Shown: positions 1 through 8,218 of the stretch, in pieces
Position numbering within the stretch: position 1 is the stretch's first letter
How the letters are laid out: every line of letters begins with the position of its first letter
Virus record (IMG/VR): IMGVR_UViG_3300049793_000366
Span: 434,001 to 498,000 of that record
DNA: 64,000 nt
Direction: 5' to 3' (one strand)
The notes under the pieces: generated by a model
What the model saw: only the letters and a program-made list of their open reading frames with translations
Database searches by the model: none
What the model was told of the DNA's origin: nothing
Position numbers and translations under genes: made by a program

Positions 1-1
1 T

Positions 2-1402
2 AAATGCTTAAATGAATATCCGGATGCTCGTGCTATTGGTTCAGAAGTTGAACTTGGTTCACTTACACTACAAAAAGTTGGTGATAAGATGTACTATGTT
101 GCTCCGCTATTACACCGCTCATTCTTTAAGTGGTCTTCTAACTCACAGGGTACACCAGGTTATGTTATGATTAACACAACGAATGACAAAGATGTTAAGT
201 TTGTACAAGAAGTAAATGGTAAAAAACTACGCATTAAATATCAAGAGGGTGCCTGCTTTGGTGATAATATAGAACGACACATTTATACATCTGGTTATAA
301 AACAAAAGGAGTATCAGATTATTCTTTTGAAGTTGATGATAATGGTACACCTTATTACATCGCCACTATATATGAGAAACAAGTTGGATATGCTGGTGAA
401 GATGCTACTGGTGTTATAACGGTTGATGTTGCCTCTGGTGAGATTACAGAATACTCAGTAAAAGAAACACCTACATGGATTGATAGAATTTACCCAGTTG
501 ACTTTATTAAGACACAGGTTGATGATTGGGGTTATTTCTCACATGGTTGGTTAAATCCATCTGACAAAGATAGGTTAGAGTCAACTGATGGTATATCGTT
601 AGTATATGGTAATGATGGTCAGTGCTACTTCTATTGTGGTTTAACATCTGTTGGTAAGGATCAATCATCTATTGGATTTTTAATGATAAACTCTCGAACT
701 AAGGAAGTTAATTACTATCATCAAGGTGGTGCTACCGAACAAGCCGCTATGGCATCTGCTGAGGGTAAAGTACAAGAGAAAGGTTATGCCGCAAGTCACC
801 CAAGACCATATAACATTGATGGTATATGGACATATGTTATGGCTCTGAAAGATAAAGAGGGATTAATCAAAATGGTTGCTCTGGTATCAGTTAAGAATTA
901 TGATATCGTTGGTGTTGGTCAAGACATAAAAGACGCTATACGTCAATACAAATCAGCTTTAAACTCAAGTGGTAACGTCACTACATTTGAAGGTAAGAAG
1001 TCAGACTTTGAAGTAACTGGTAAGATAACCCGATTCTCTGTTGATAATCGAAGTGGTAACTCTTATTACTATTTTATGATTGATACTATTAAAACTAAAA
1101 TATTCGTAGCAACATCCAATATATCTGATGAAGTAGTTTTAACACAGCTTAATGATATAGCAACTGTAACGTTTGCTGATGCTAATTCATATCTTATTGA
1201 TGTAAGAACCTTTGATAATAAGGGACTGAGCTTATCTAAGAGCGAAAGTCAGAATAAAGTTGAAAAATATTTTAAAACAGTTAACGATTCAATTAGTATA
1301 AAGCAAGACGCAAATGATGCAAATGCTTTATGGGACACATTGAGTGAATCTAAAAAAGCTGAAATTTTGAAATCATATCAAAAGACAAACACTAAAAAGT
1401 AA
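2..1402 (+). CDS. hypothetical protein, 5'-truncated (probably membrane-anchored or exported)
   Basis: Frame is open from position 2 through the ORF-track ATG at 89; long protein-like ORF; no motif recognised. Confidence 0.75.
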   Translation, partial: KCLNEYPDARAIGSEVELGSLTLQKVGDKMYYVAPLLHRSFFKWSSNSQGTPGYVMINTTNDKDVKFVQEVNGKKLRIKYQEGACFGDNIERHIYTSGYKTKGVSDYSFEVDDNGTPYYIATIYEKQVGYAGEDATGVITVDVASGEITEYSVKETPTWIDRIYPVDFIKTQVDDWGYFSHGWLNPSDKDRLESTDGISLVYGNDGQCYFYCGLTSVGKDQSSIGFLMINSRTKEVNYYHQGGATEQAAMASAEGKVQEKGYAASHPRPYNIDGIWTYVMALKDKEGLIKMVALVSVKNYDIVGVGQDIKDAIRQYKSALNSSGNVTTFEGKKSDFEVTGKITRFSVDNRSGNSYYYFMIDTIKTKIFVATSNISDEVVLTQLNDIATVTFADANSYLIDVRTFDNKGLSLSKSESQNKVEKYFKTVNDSISIKQDANDANALWDTLSESKKAEILKSYQKTNTKK

Positions 1403-1408
1403 TATATA

Positions 1409-1915
1409 ATGGGTGATATGCCACAACATCTTGAAATTGAACGTAAGTTTTTGGTTAAAGACTTACCGAATAGAAAACCGTCATGTATAGTACAAATTGA
1501 CCAATACTATTGGAAAAATCCAAAGGGTGTCTGGGAGCGTGTGAGAACATGGCACACTAACACTGGTGAGAGACGATGGATTCACACCGTTAAAAAATAT
1601 CTCAGCAAGGGAGTCAACATCGAAGACGAGAAAGACATCACCGAATCAGAATATAAAAGCTTTATTAAGAAGTGTTCAAGTGTTGGTCAGAGTGGTAAAT
1701 TTATCTCAAAGACAAGACATATATACATTGATGCGAACAAGATGAAGTGGGAGATAGATGTGTTCAATACTGGTGCTAAGATTATTATGGCAGAGGTTGA
1801 ATTACCTAAGAAAAGCTTTAGACTTAAGATACCAAAGTTTGTAAAGGAGATAGTATTATTAGAAGTGACTGAACTAAAGAAGTTCAGCAATCGCAACTTA
1901 GCAAACGAAATATAA
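1409..1915 (+). CDS. CYTH-superfamily triphosphate tunnel metalloenzyme
   Basis: N-terminal EIERKFLV signature, K-T-R...WEIDVF, AEVEL. Confidence 0.85.
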   Translation: MGDMPQHLEIERKFLVKDLPNRKPSCIVQIDQYYWKNPKGVWERVRTWHTNTGERRWIHTVKKYLSKGVNIEDEKDITESEYKSFIKKCSSVGQSGKFISKTRHIYIDANKMKWEIDVFNTGAKIIMAEVELPKKSFRLKIPKFVKEIVLLEVTELKKFSNRNLANEI

Positions 1916-2176
1916 ATGCGCTTTAAAATTATATGCAATGACAAGGAGTTCGAACACGAAGTCTCTGTTAAAAATATTACTTACTTTGGTAAACCAGGTA
2001 AGATATCAGAGCTTTACATTCAGATAGAACAACTATTGAGTCTTGACCGCAAACTTTTTGAATATCACATCGACTACTTTCAAGAAAAGATTTACATTGA
2101 GAATACTCATGCTAATTTCATGTCACACTTGCGCGAGAATAGACTTTCTAACCTTTTAGATATCGAATTGGTATGA
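1916..2176 (+). CDS. hypothetical protein, C-tag
   Basis: Ends LRENRLSNLLDIELV; abuts neighbours. Confidence 0.75.
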   Translation: MRFKIICNDKEFEHEVSVKNITYFGKPGKISELYIQIEQLLSLDRKLFEYHIDYFQEKIYIENTHANFMSHLRENRLSNLLDIELV

Positions 2177-2466
2177 TGAACAACAACTCTAAGAGACCAC
2201 ATATTATCTTGAAACGAAATCCGGAAAGGGATAAATTTATTGATGCTATAAAATCAATAGGGTTTAGGCCCAGGATGGAGCAGAAGAATGTTGTTATCAG
2301 TACAACTGATTCAAATTCTGATTCTTCTACATATACACAATTGTGGGTAAAGGGTGACTTTGAAATAAAGCTAACACACAAGAATGTAGAATTCGATGGT
2401 GATTTCTATGATTACAATGAGAGTGAAATATTATTCAGAAATTTAAAATTAAAAAACATTATATGA
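2173..2466 (+). CDS. hypothetical protein, C-tag
   Basis: Ends FRNLKLKNII; ATGA overlaps. Confidence 0.75.
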   Translation: MMNNNSKRPHIILKRNPERDKFIDAIKSIGFRPRMEQKNVVISTTDSNSDSSTYTQLWVKGDFEIKLTHKNVEFDGDFYDYNESEILFRNLKLKNII

Positions 2467-3239
2467 AAGCTTTAGTAACAGCGGGACCAACATATGAACA
2501 CATTGACCCAGTTAGATTTATTGGTAATCATTCCTCTGGTAAAATGGGAATTGAAATTGCTGAGGAATTAAAACGTAGAGGTTATGATGTAACACTTATC
2601 ATTGGACCCACACACTTAACGTGTTCGGAAAGTATTAACCGTGTTGATGTAACATCTGCTGATGATATGTATGAGGCTTGTATTAAAGAGTTCCCATCAT
2701 GTGATGTTGCTATAATGTCAGCCGCAGTAGCAGATTATAAACCAAGCTTTTGTTCTGATAAGAAGATAAAACGAAATGGTGATAACCTCACTATTGAATT
2801 AATTCCAAATAAAGACATCGCTTCTGAGTTAGGTAAAATGAAGAAGGCTAACCAAAAGTTAATCGGTTTTGCACTTGAAACAAATGATGGTGTTGACAAT
2901 GCTATTAGAAAAATCATATCTAAAAACTTAGATATGATTGTGTTGAATCAGATAGGTGAGAAGGGTGTTGGTTTTAAAGTAGATACCAATAAAATATCTC
3001 TTATAAAACTGAAACATAATTTCACAAAAGCAAACCTACAAACTATGGTTTCTTTTCAGGATATGTTAAAGAATTATCGTGAGTCACTTCTTCAAGATCC
3101 ATCAAGTACATTCTACAATGGATTAGTTAAAAATACCGAAGCTCAGATAAGTGAGTGGAAACATTTATTCATAACAACAAAAGATTTTGAAATGAAATCT
3201 AAGTCTGATGTTGCAGTTGATATAGTAAACTCATTGTGA
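2463..3239 (+). CDS. coaB: phosphopantothenoylcysteine synthetase (CoaB domain only, with C-terminal insertion)
   Basis: LVTAGPTYEHIDPVRFIGNHSSGKMG, SAAVADY, GFALET, LDMIVLN; no CoaC flavoprotein domain. Confidence 0.9.
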   Translation: MKALVTAGPTYEHIDPVRFIGNHSSGKMGIEIAEELKRRGYDVTLIIGPTHLTCSESINRVDVTSADDMYEACIKEFPSCDVAIMSAAVADYKPSFCSDKKIKRNGDNLTIELIPNKDIASELGKMKKANQKLIGFALETNDGVDNAIRKIISKNLDMIVLNQIGEKGVGFKVDTNKISLIKLKHNFTKANLQTMVSFQDMLKNYRESLLQDPSSTFYNGLVKNTEAQISEWKHLFITTKDFEMKSKSDVAVDIVNSL

Positions 3240-3592
3240 TGATTGGTGGTGTTCACGGTTATACTGGTCATTCTGTTGGTCAACAAACACCATGTGTGTG
3301 CTTCATATCATATGTTTCGCTATCACTTGAAGACCTCGTTGTACTCATAGGTATTGGTTTGAAGATAACAAGACCAGAAGTTTTAAAATTTATCAAAGCA
3401 TATTCCAAGAGTGATTCCGGTAGCAGAGCATTCAACTTTCCATTTACCGAAGAAGAATTAGAACCATTTAAATATAAAGATTGTGTAGATGGTATCGATT
3501 GGGGTGTTCGTAGAGAATATGAAAACTTACCTAAATATGAAGCTATAAGAAAGGAATATTTTAGGAATTTAAAAATAGATAAAATTATATGA
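3236..3592 (+). CDS. hypothetical protein, C-tag
   Basis: Ends FRNLKIDKII. Confidence 0.7.
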   Translation: MMIGGVHGYTGHSVGQQTPCVCFISYVSLSLEDLVVLIGIGLKITRPEVLKFIKAYSKSDSGSRAFNFPFTEEELEPFKYKDCVDGIDWGVRREYENLPKYEAIRKEYFRNLKIDKII

Positions 3593-4131
3593 TTAAAGAG
3601 AAATTAGAATTGCGTATGTACGGATTAGTTCCGTATAACATCAGTCCAATTCAACAATCAATACAGTACGGTCACTCAGTTGTTGAATATGGTTTAGATT
3701 TCTTCAACAGTGATGAATATCAAGACTGGGCGAGAAACTGAAAAACATTTATGGTTATGAATGGTGGTACAACTAATAACAACCCGAATAAATTGGGTAC
3801 GTTAAATATGCACTTAGCTACTCTTAAAGAAGCTGGTATTAAAGTTGGTGAATTCTATGAACCAGACTTGAATGATGCTTTAACCGCAGTTACATTTCTT
3901 GCTGATGAAAGAGTATTCAACAGAGAAAAATATCCGGACCTTAATTATAAATCACCACATAGATTACCAGATGATATGATTGGGTTTTCTGTTTATCGAA
4001 TGAACCAAATAACAAATGACGAAGACCACGCTAAGAAGCAATGGATTAAGTCAATCGGTGGTGAACAGAACGCTTTTCTTAGAGCATTTTTATTCACCGG
4101 GAATAATGGTAAATCGTTCCAATTCGCGTAA
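3589..4131 (+). pseudogene. peptidyl-tRNA hydrolase 2-like protein interrupted by in-frame TGA at 3739-3741
   Basis: My translation from ATG 3589: ...NISPIQQSIQYGHSV...DWARN*KTFMVMNGG...FYEPDLNDALTAV, in frame with track ORF 3751..4131; motifs resemble PTH2-like phage proteins. Confidence 0.65.
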
Positions 4132-4163
4132 TTTGCATTCTTGAGAAAATATCCTTATATTTA
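4132..4163 (+). promoter_or_regulatory. Bacteroidota-type sigma70 promoter
   Basis: TTTG-N20-TATATTTA, ATG at 4168. Confidence 0.65.
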
Positions 4164-4167
4164 CGGA

Positions 4168-4611
4168 ATGGATTATAAAGCCTACTATGCTAATTGTGGT
4201 TCTGAAAGGGAATATCCATATGATATACCGACATTAGAAGTTCTTGAATCTGATTCAGAATACATGATGTCTGTGTTCAAAGAAGTTGTACACAAGGTAG
4301 TTTTTAATGTGTGTGATGATACGGATTACAGTGATAGATTGCGTGATCCTCGATTTATGGCTACTAAGTTTTTTGGATTTACGGAGTCAATTCGCGGAGT
4401 AGCATTTATAAAATATTATAAGAAAGTAAAAAAAGAGGATAGATGGTTTATGGATTTCGTTAAAGATTTCGTTACCGTATATAAACCTAAAATAAGTAAG
4501 GATGAAAATGGCGAAACTATTCACGTAATTGATAGCGACCCAGTGAAGATACTAACACATCTTAAAGCATACAAGAGAGATATAGAATTAAAAACATTAC
4601 TAAATGAATAA
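4168..4611 (+). CDS. hypothetical protein, C-tag
   Basis: Start moved to the ATG after the promoter; ends KRDIELKTLLNE. Confidence 0.75.
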   Translation: MDYKAYYANCGSEREYPYDIPTLEVLESDSEYMMSVFKEVVHKVVFNVCDDTDYSDRLRDPRFMATKFFGFTESIRGVAFIKYYKKVKKEDRWFMDFVKDFVTVYKPKISKDENGETIHVIDSDPVKILTHLKAYKRDIELKTLLNE

Positions 4612-5350
4612 AGAACAATTAATAGCAGTATTTGAAAATACGACAAGTATAATTAACTCAACACCTGGGTTTCAATTATCAATTACGTCTAAACATAACA
4701 CGAATAGTATTTCAGTACCTCGTGGTGAAACTATTGCAAACATACAGACGATTAATTCTGATACAGTTTCAGCCGCTTTAGAGTATTCAAGAAAAGGAAG
4801 AACAGCAATTTTAAATATGGCATCATTTAAGAGACCAGGTGGTGGCGTTGCCAATGGTGCTAAAGCTCAAGAAGAATGCTTATTCAGATGTTCTAACTTA
4901 TCTAAAGTTATTTCTAATGAATTCTATCCATTGGGTGTAAATGAAGGTCTATACACAAGAGATGCAGTCTTCTTCAAGGATTTTAACTACAACCAAATTG
5001 AACCATTCATGGTAGACGTTATCACGGTTGCTGCGATTAATTTATCTAAAGAAGATAACCCTAAGGAAATATTAGATTCGTATGATGTTATTATGATGGA
5101 TAAGATGCGACTGATGTTCGATATGGCGTTACAGAATGGTTGTAAAAACATTATTCTTGGTGCTTGGGGTTGTGGTGTGTTTAGCAACAACCCAGTTAAC
5201 ATCGCGAGTATGTTTGAAGAAGTTATGATGAAGCGAAAAAACAGAGTTGATTCAACATATCACGAATGTTTCGAGAATATTATTTTTGCGGTTATCAATG
5301 ACCACAATTCGGTTGGTGATAACTATGATGTATTTAGTAAATTTTTTTAA
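4604..5350 (+). CDS. TIGR02452-family macrodomain / bacterial-type poly(ADP-ribose) glycohydrolase
   Basis: LNMASFKRPGGGVANGAKAQEECLFRCSNL and ILGAWGCGVFSN motifs. Confidence 0.85.
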   Translation: MNKEQLIAVFENTTSIINSTPGFQLSITSKHNTNSISVPRGETIANIQTINSDTVSAALEYSRKGRTAILNMASFKRPGGGVANGAKAQEECLFRCSNLSKVISNEFYPLGVNEGLYTRDAVFFKDFNYNQIEPFMVDVITVAAINLSKEDNPKEILDSYDVIMMDKMRLMFDMALQNGCKNIILGAWGCGVFSNNPVNIASMFEEVMMKRKNRVDSTYHECFENIIFAVINDHNSVGDNYDVFSKFF

Positions 5351-5351
5351 A

Positions 5352-5636
5352 ATGTATTTCTATCACGTAACAAATAAGGGAGAGAACGCAAAGTCACATT
5401 GGTTACTTGCTAAAGACGATACTGATGCGATTAGAATTGCTTCAACTGAAAAAGGCGTAGTTGACTTAGACTCATTGGAGAAGTTAAAACCATACGCTAA
5501 TATAAATAAACTAATTAAAGAAGGTAAGGCTGGTTTACTTGCCGCTAAAATTTTAGGAATGAAGGCATCTGACCTTATTGGTGGTAAAAAACCAAAACAG
5601 ATTGAAGATCCTTGGTTTCTATATAAAGAAGTATAA
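5352..5636 (+). CDS. hypothetical protein
   Basis: ATG 5352 immediately after the upstream stop; co-oriented. Confidence 0.7.
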   Translation: MYFYHVTNKGENAKSHWLLAKDDTDAIRIASTEKGVVDLDSLEKLKPYANINKLIKEGKAGLLAAKILGMKASDLIGGKKPKQIEDPWFLYKEV

Positions 5637-5640
5637 ACAT

Positions 5641-6381
5641 ATGAGAGTATTTATTCCAAAAGGTTCACACGATTTTATTTCAAAAGAAGTTTTGAATGAG
5701 AATTGTTTTGCCGCGTTTTCTGGATTCAGTCTTATGGGTTGGGAAGTTATCTTCTATGATGCTAAAGAACAACCTGATAACTTACTTCGCTCTGATGTTG
5801 TAGTTGGTTATATAACTCATGTTAAACAAGCACTGAGAAAACTCGATATTGTACCACCAACTGAAATAGATTACCCAGAAGAATTGAATGAATACTTTGG
5901 TCGTAAGTTATGGAAGTCAACATTACACACTGTTTATAATGATGAAACAATGTGGCCAGTTTTTGTTAAACCAGTATTAGGAAAACAATTCAATGGTACA
6001 CTAGTTGAAAGTCTTACAAACTTGGTAGGTCTTGGTGCACAGGAAGACAGAGAGATATGGTGTTCAGAGCCAGTTAAGTTTGTATCTGAATATCGCTGTT
6101 TCGTTCGTTATGGGAAGGTTTTAGATGCAAGACGATATAAGGGTTCATTTAAACACATACCCGATTTTAATGTCATAGAACGTTGTATAGAAGACTTCAA
6201 AGGTCAACCAGCGGCTTATACATTAGACTTTGGTATAACAGAAGATGGTCGTTCACTTCTCATTGAAGTTAATGATGGATTTGCTTGTGGTTGTTATGGA
6301 TTACATAGCATCGATTATGCTAAATTTATGTCAGCAAGATGGCACCAAATGGTTGGCTTACCTGATCCATGTATCTTCTAA
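5641..6381 (+). CDS. ATP-grasp domain protein (DUF4343/R2K-like)
   Basis: DYPEEL..YFGRK, FVKP, SEYRCFV, AYTLDFG, LIEVNDGFACGCYG. Confidence 0.8.
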   Translation: MRVFIPKGSHDFISKEVLNENCFAAFSGFSLMGWEVIFYDAKEQPDNLLRSDVVVGYITHVKQALRKLDIVPPTEIDYPEELNEYFGRKLWKSTLHTVYNDETMWPVFVKPVLGKQFNGTLVESLTNLVGLGAQEDREIWCSEPVKFVSEYRCFVRYGKVLDARRYKGSFKHIPDFNVIERCIEDFKGQPAAYTLDFGITEDGRSLLIEVNDGFACGCYGLHSIDYAKFMSARWHQMVGLPDPCIF

Positions 6382-6635
6382 TGAAAACATTAAATGATTA
6401 TAATAAGTTTGAATTCATTGAAGATGAATTGGTTTATTTAGGAGAGAGTGAGAACTTTACATATGGTAAAACATACAGAATAGAAAACGATTACGATGTA
6501 AGTGATGATAGTGAGTATAGATTTTATATGGTATCACTAAAGAATGATAACTCATTATATGAGCGTGTACCAGGTAATAAGTTATGTAAGCTATCAGATT
6601 TTAGAAACGAAAAAATTGAAAATATAATAAAATGA
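6381..6635 (+). CDS. hypothetical protein, C-tag
   Basis: TAATG coupling; ends FRNEKIENIIK. Confidence 0.75.
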   Translation: MKTLNDYNKFEFIEDELVYLGESENFTYGKTYRIENDYDVSDDSEYRFYMVSLKNDNSLYERVPGNKLCKLSDFRNEKIENIIK

Positions 6636-7267
6636 AAAAGCAAATTTTAACAATCAACGCACAATCTTTTGTGGATGTAATTACAAATAGTTCATCTGAA
6701 TTATTTATTTGTAATACTGACAAATCTATTGATTTAGTTAATGAAATATTACAGGAGTTACTCAATGGTTATGTTGAGAGAAATGGTGGTGGTCCATCAT
6801 TCTCAGATTGCTTTGGTGCAATTGCTATCGTTGGTGATAACAACCAAACTGGTACATACTTCATCGATGATTTACCATTAACTGAACAAGATGCTTTAGA
6901 AGAGCGTAGAAAGGAAATAATCAAGGCACAGATTATCCGTGAGCTTGAGAAGGATCCATCTTGGGATAAAAAGAATTGGCAAGAAAGAGATAAAATTTCA
7001 GTTAAGAAAACAGAAGCACAATTCCTTGAATATAAAAGAGAAGAGAAACTTGCTACGGTTACCAGTGAGAAATCAAATCTACCTGAGTGGTGGTTCACTG
7101 GTGCTATGCCTAAGAAAAACTCTTGGGATTATGATTCACCAATGAGGTGGAGAGGAATGTACAAAGGTAAAATAATCATTGAGTCAGCAACAGACAATTC
7201 AATTCCATACGATTTATTCGATGAAATTGAATCAGCGTTTAATGCTGAAAGACACCACATGGGATAA
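6632..7267 (+). CDS. hypothetical protein with N-terminal DVITNSSSELF motif
   Basis: SFVDVITNSSSELFIC near the N-terminus; coupled to the radical SAM gene. Confidence 0.75.
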   Translation: MKKQILTINAQSFVDVITNSSSELFICNTDKSIDLVNEILQELLNGYVERNGGGPSFSDCFGAIAIVGDNNQTGTYFIDDLPLTEQDALEERRKEIIKAQIIRELEKDPSWDKKNWQERDKISVKKTEAQFLEYKREEKLATVTSEKSNLPEWWFTGAMPKKNSWDYDSPMRWRGMYKGKIIIESATDNSIPYDLFDEIESAFNAERHHMG

Positions 7268-7268
7268 T

Positions 7269-8123
7269 ATGAAAGTAAGAGAATTTAAAGATAAAAATTA
7301 TAAAGCTATTTTTCATAATGGTAAAACCATTAGGATAGCTACTGATGCGTCTAAACTAATTTCAGAGTTGGACTATCCTGAATTCTACGATGTTGCTATA
7401 AACAACAAATGTAAAGCTAATTGCTCTTACTGTTATGTTAGTGCAATGAAGGGTGGTGAGAACTGGGAGAATGTAACCACTCGCATTTCAAATTTCTTTT
7501 CAAAAATGACAACCAATCAAAGACCATTTCAGGTTGCGATTGGTGGTCATGGTGAACCTACATTGCATCCCGACTTCATTCCGGTATTGGAAACATTTCA
7601 TAAATTAGGAATTGTTCCAAACTATACTACGAATGGAATGCACGTAACAAATGACATCATTGATGCTACTAAGAAATATTCTGGTGGTGTTGCTATATCA
7701 TGTCACCCACACTTAGATAAGACTTGGAAGCAAGCAGTAGTTGATTATTCAAGTGCTGGTATCAAAACAAATTTACACATCATCGTTGGTGAGAGTGGTT
7801 CAGTTGATAGATTTAAAGATATCTACGCTGAGTTTGAAAATATAGTTGACTACTTTGTTATTCTACCATACATGGCTGTTGGTCGTGCTAAGGAAATAGA
7901 AGTTAAAAATGAATGGGATAAACTATTCAAAGAATTAAAAGACTACAACAGAGGTAAGGTTGCTTTTGGTGCTTTGTTCTATCCTTATTTAAAAGATAAC
8001 GAAGAAGGTGTTAAGTATTTAGATATCTCTTTATATGAGCCAGAGTTGATGTCTGGTTACATTATGTTTGACGTAGAAGAACCTATTGTCAGAAAATCCT
8101 CATACGACTTAGAGTACAAATGA
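7269..8123 (+). CDS. radical SAM protein
   Basis: CxxxCxxC (CKANCSYC), GGHGEPTLHPDF, NYTTNG; start moved to ATG 7269. Confidence 0.9.
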   Translation: MKVREFKDKNYKAIFHNGKTIRIATDASKLISELDYPEFYDVAINNKCKANCSYCYVSAMKGGENWENVTTRISNFFSKMTTNQRPFQVAIGGHGEPTLHPDFIPVLETFHKLGIVPNYTTNGMHVTNDIIDATKKYSGGVAISCHPHLDKTWKQAVVDYSSAGIKTNLHIIVGESGSVDRFKDIYAEFENIVDYFVILPYMAVGRAKEIEVKNEWDKLFKELKDYNRGKVAFGALFYPYLKDNEEGVKYLDISLYEPELMSGYIMFDVEEPIVRKSSYDLEYK

Positions 8124-8218
8124 GTTAGTGTGATATAAAAATTTATTGTTTTAACTAAAGTTGTAAAAACTTTCACTAATGGGTTAATATAACCATTAAG
8201 AAACAATAAACTTATATC

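Noticed and set aside
3000-3180. CoaB insertion as an intein or intron
   Set aside because: It is in frame and short, lacks Cys/Ser-start and His-Asn-end intein motifs, and shows no self-splicing intron features.
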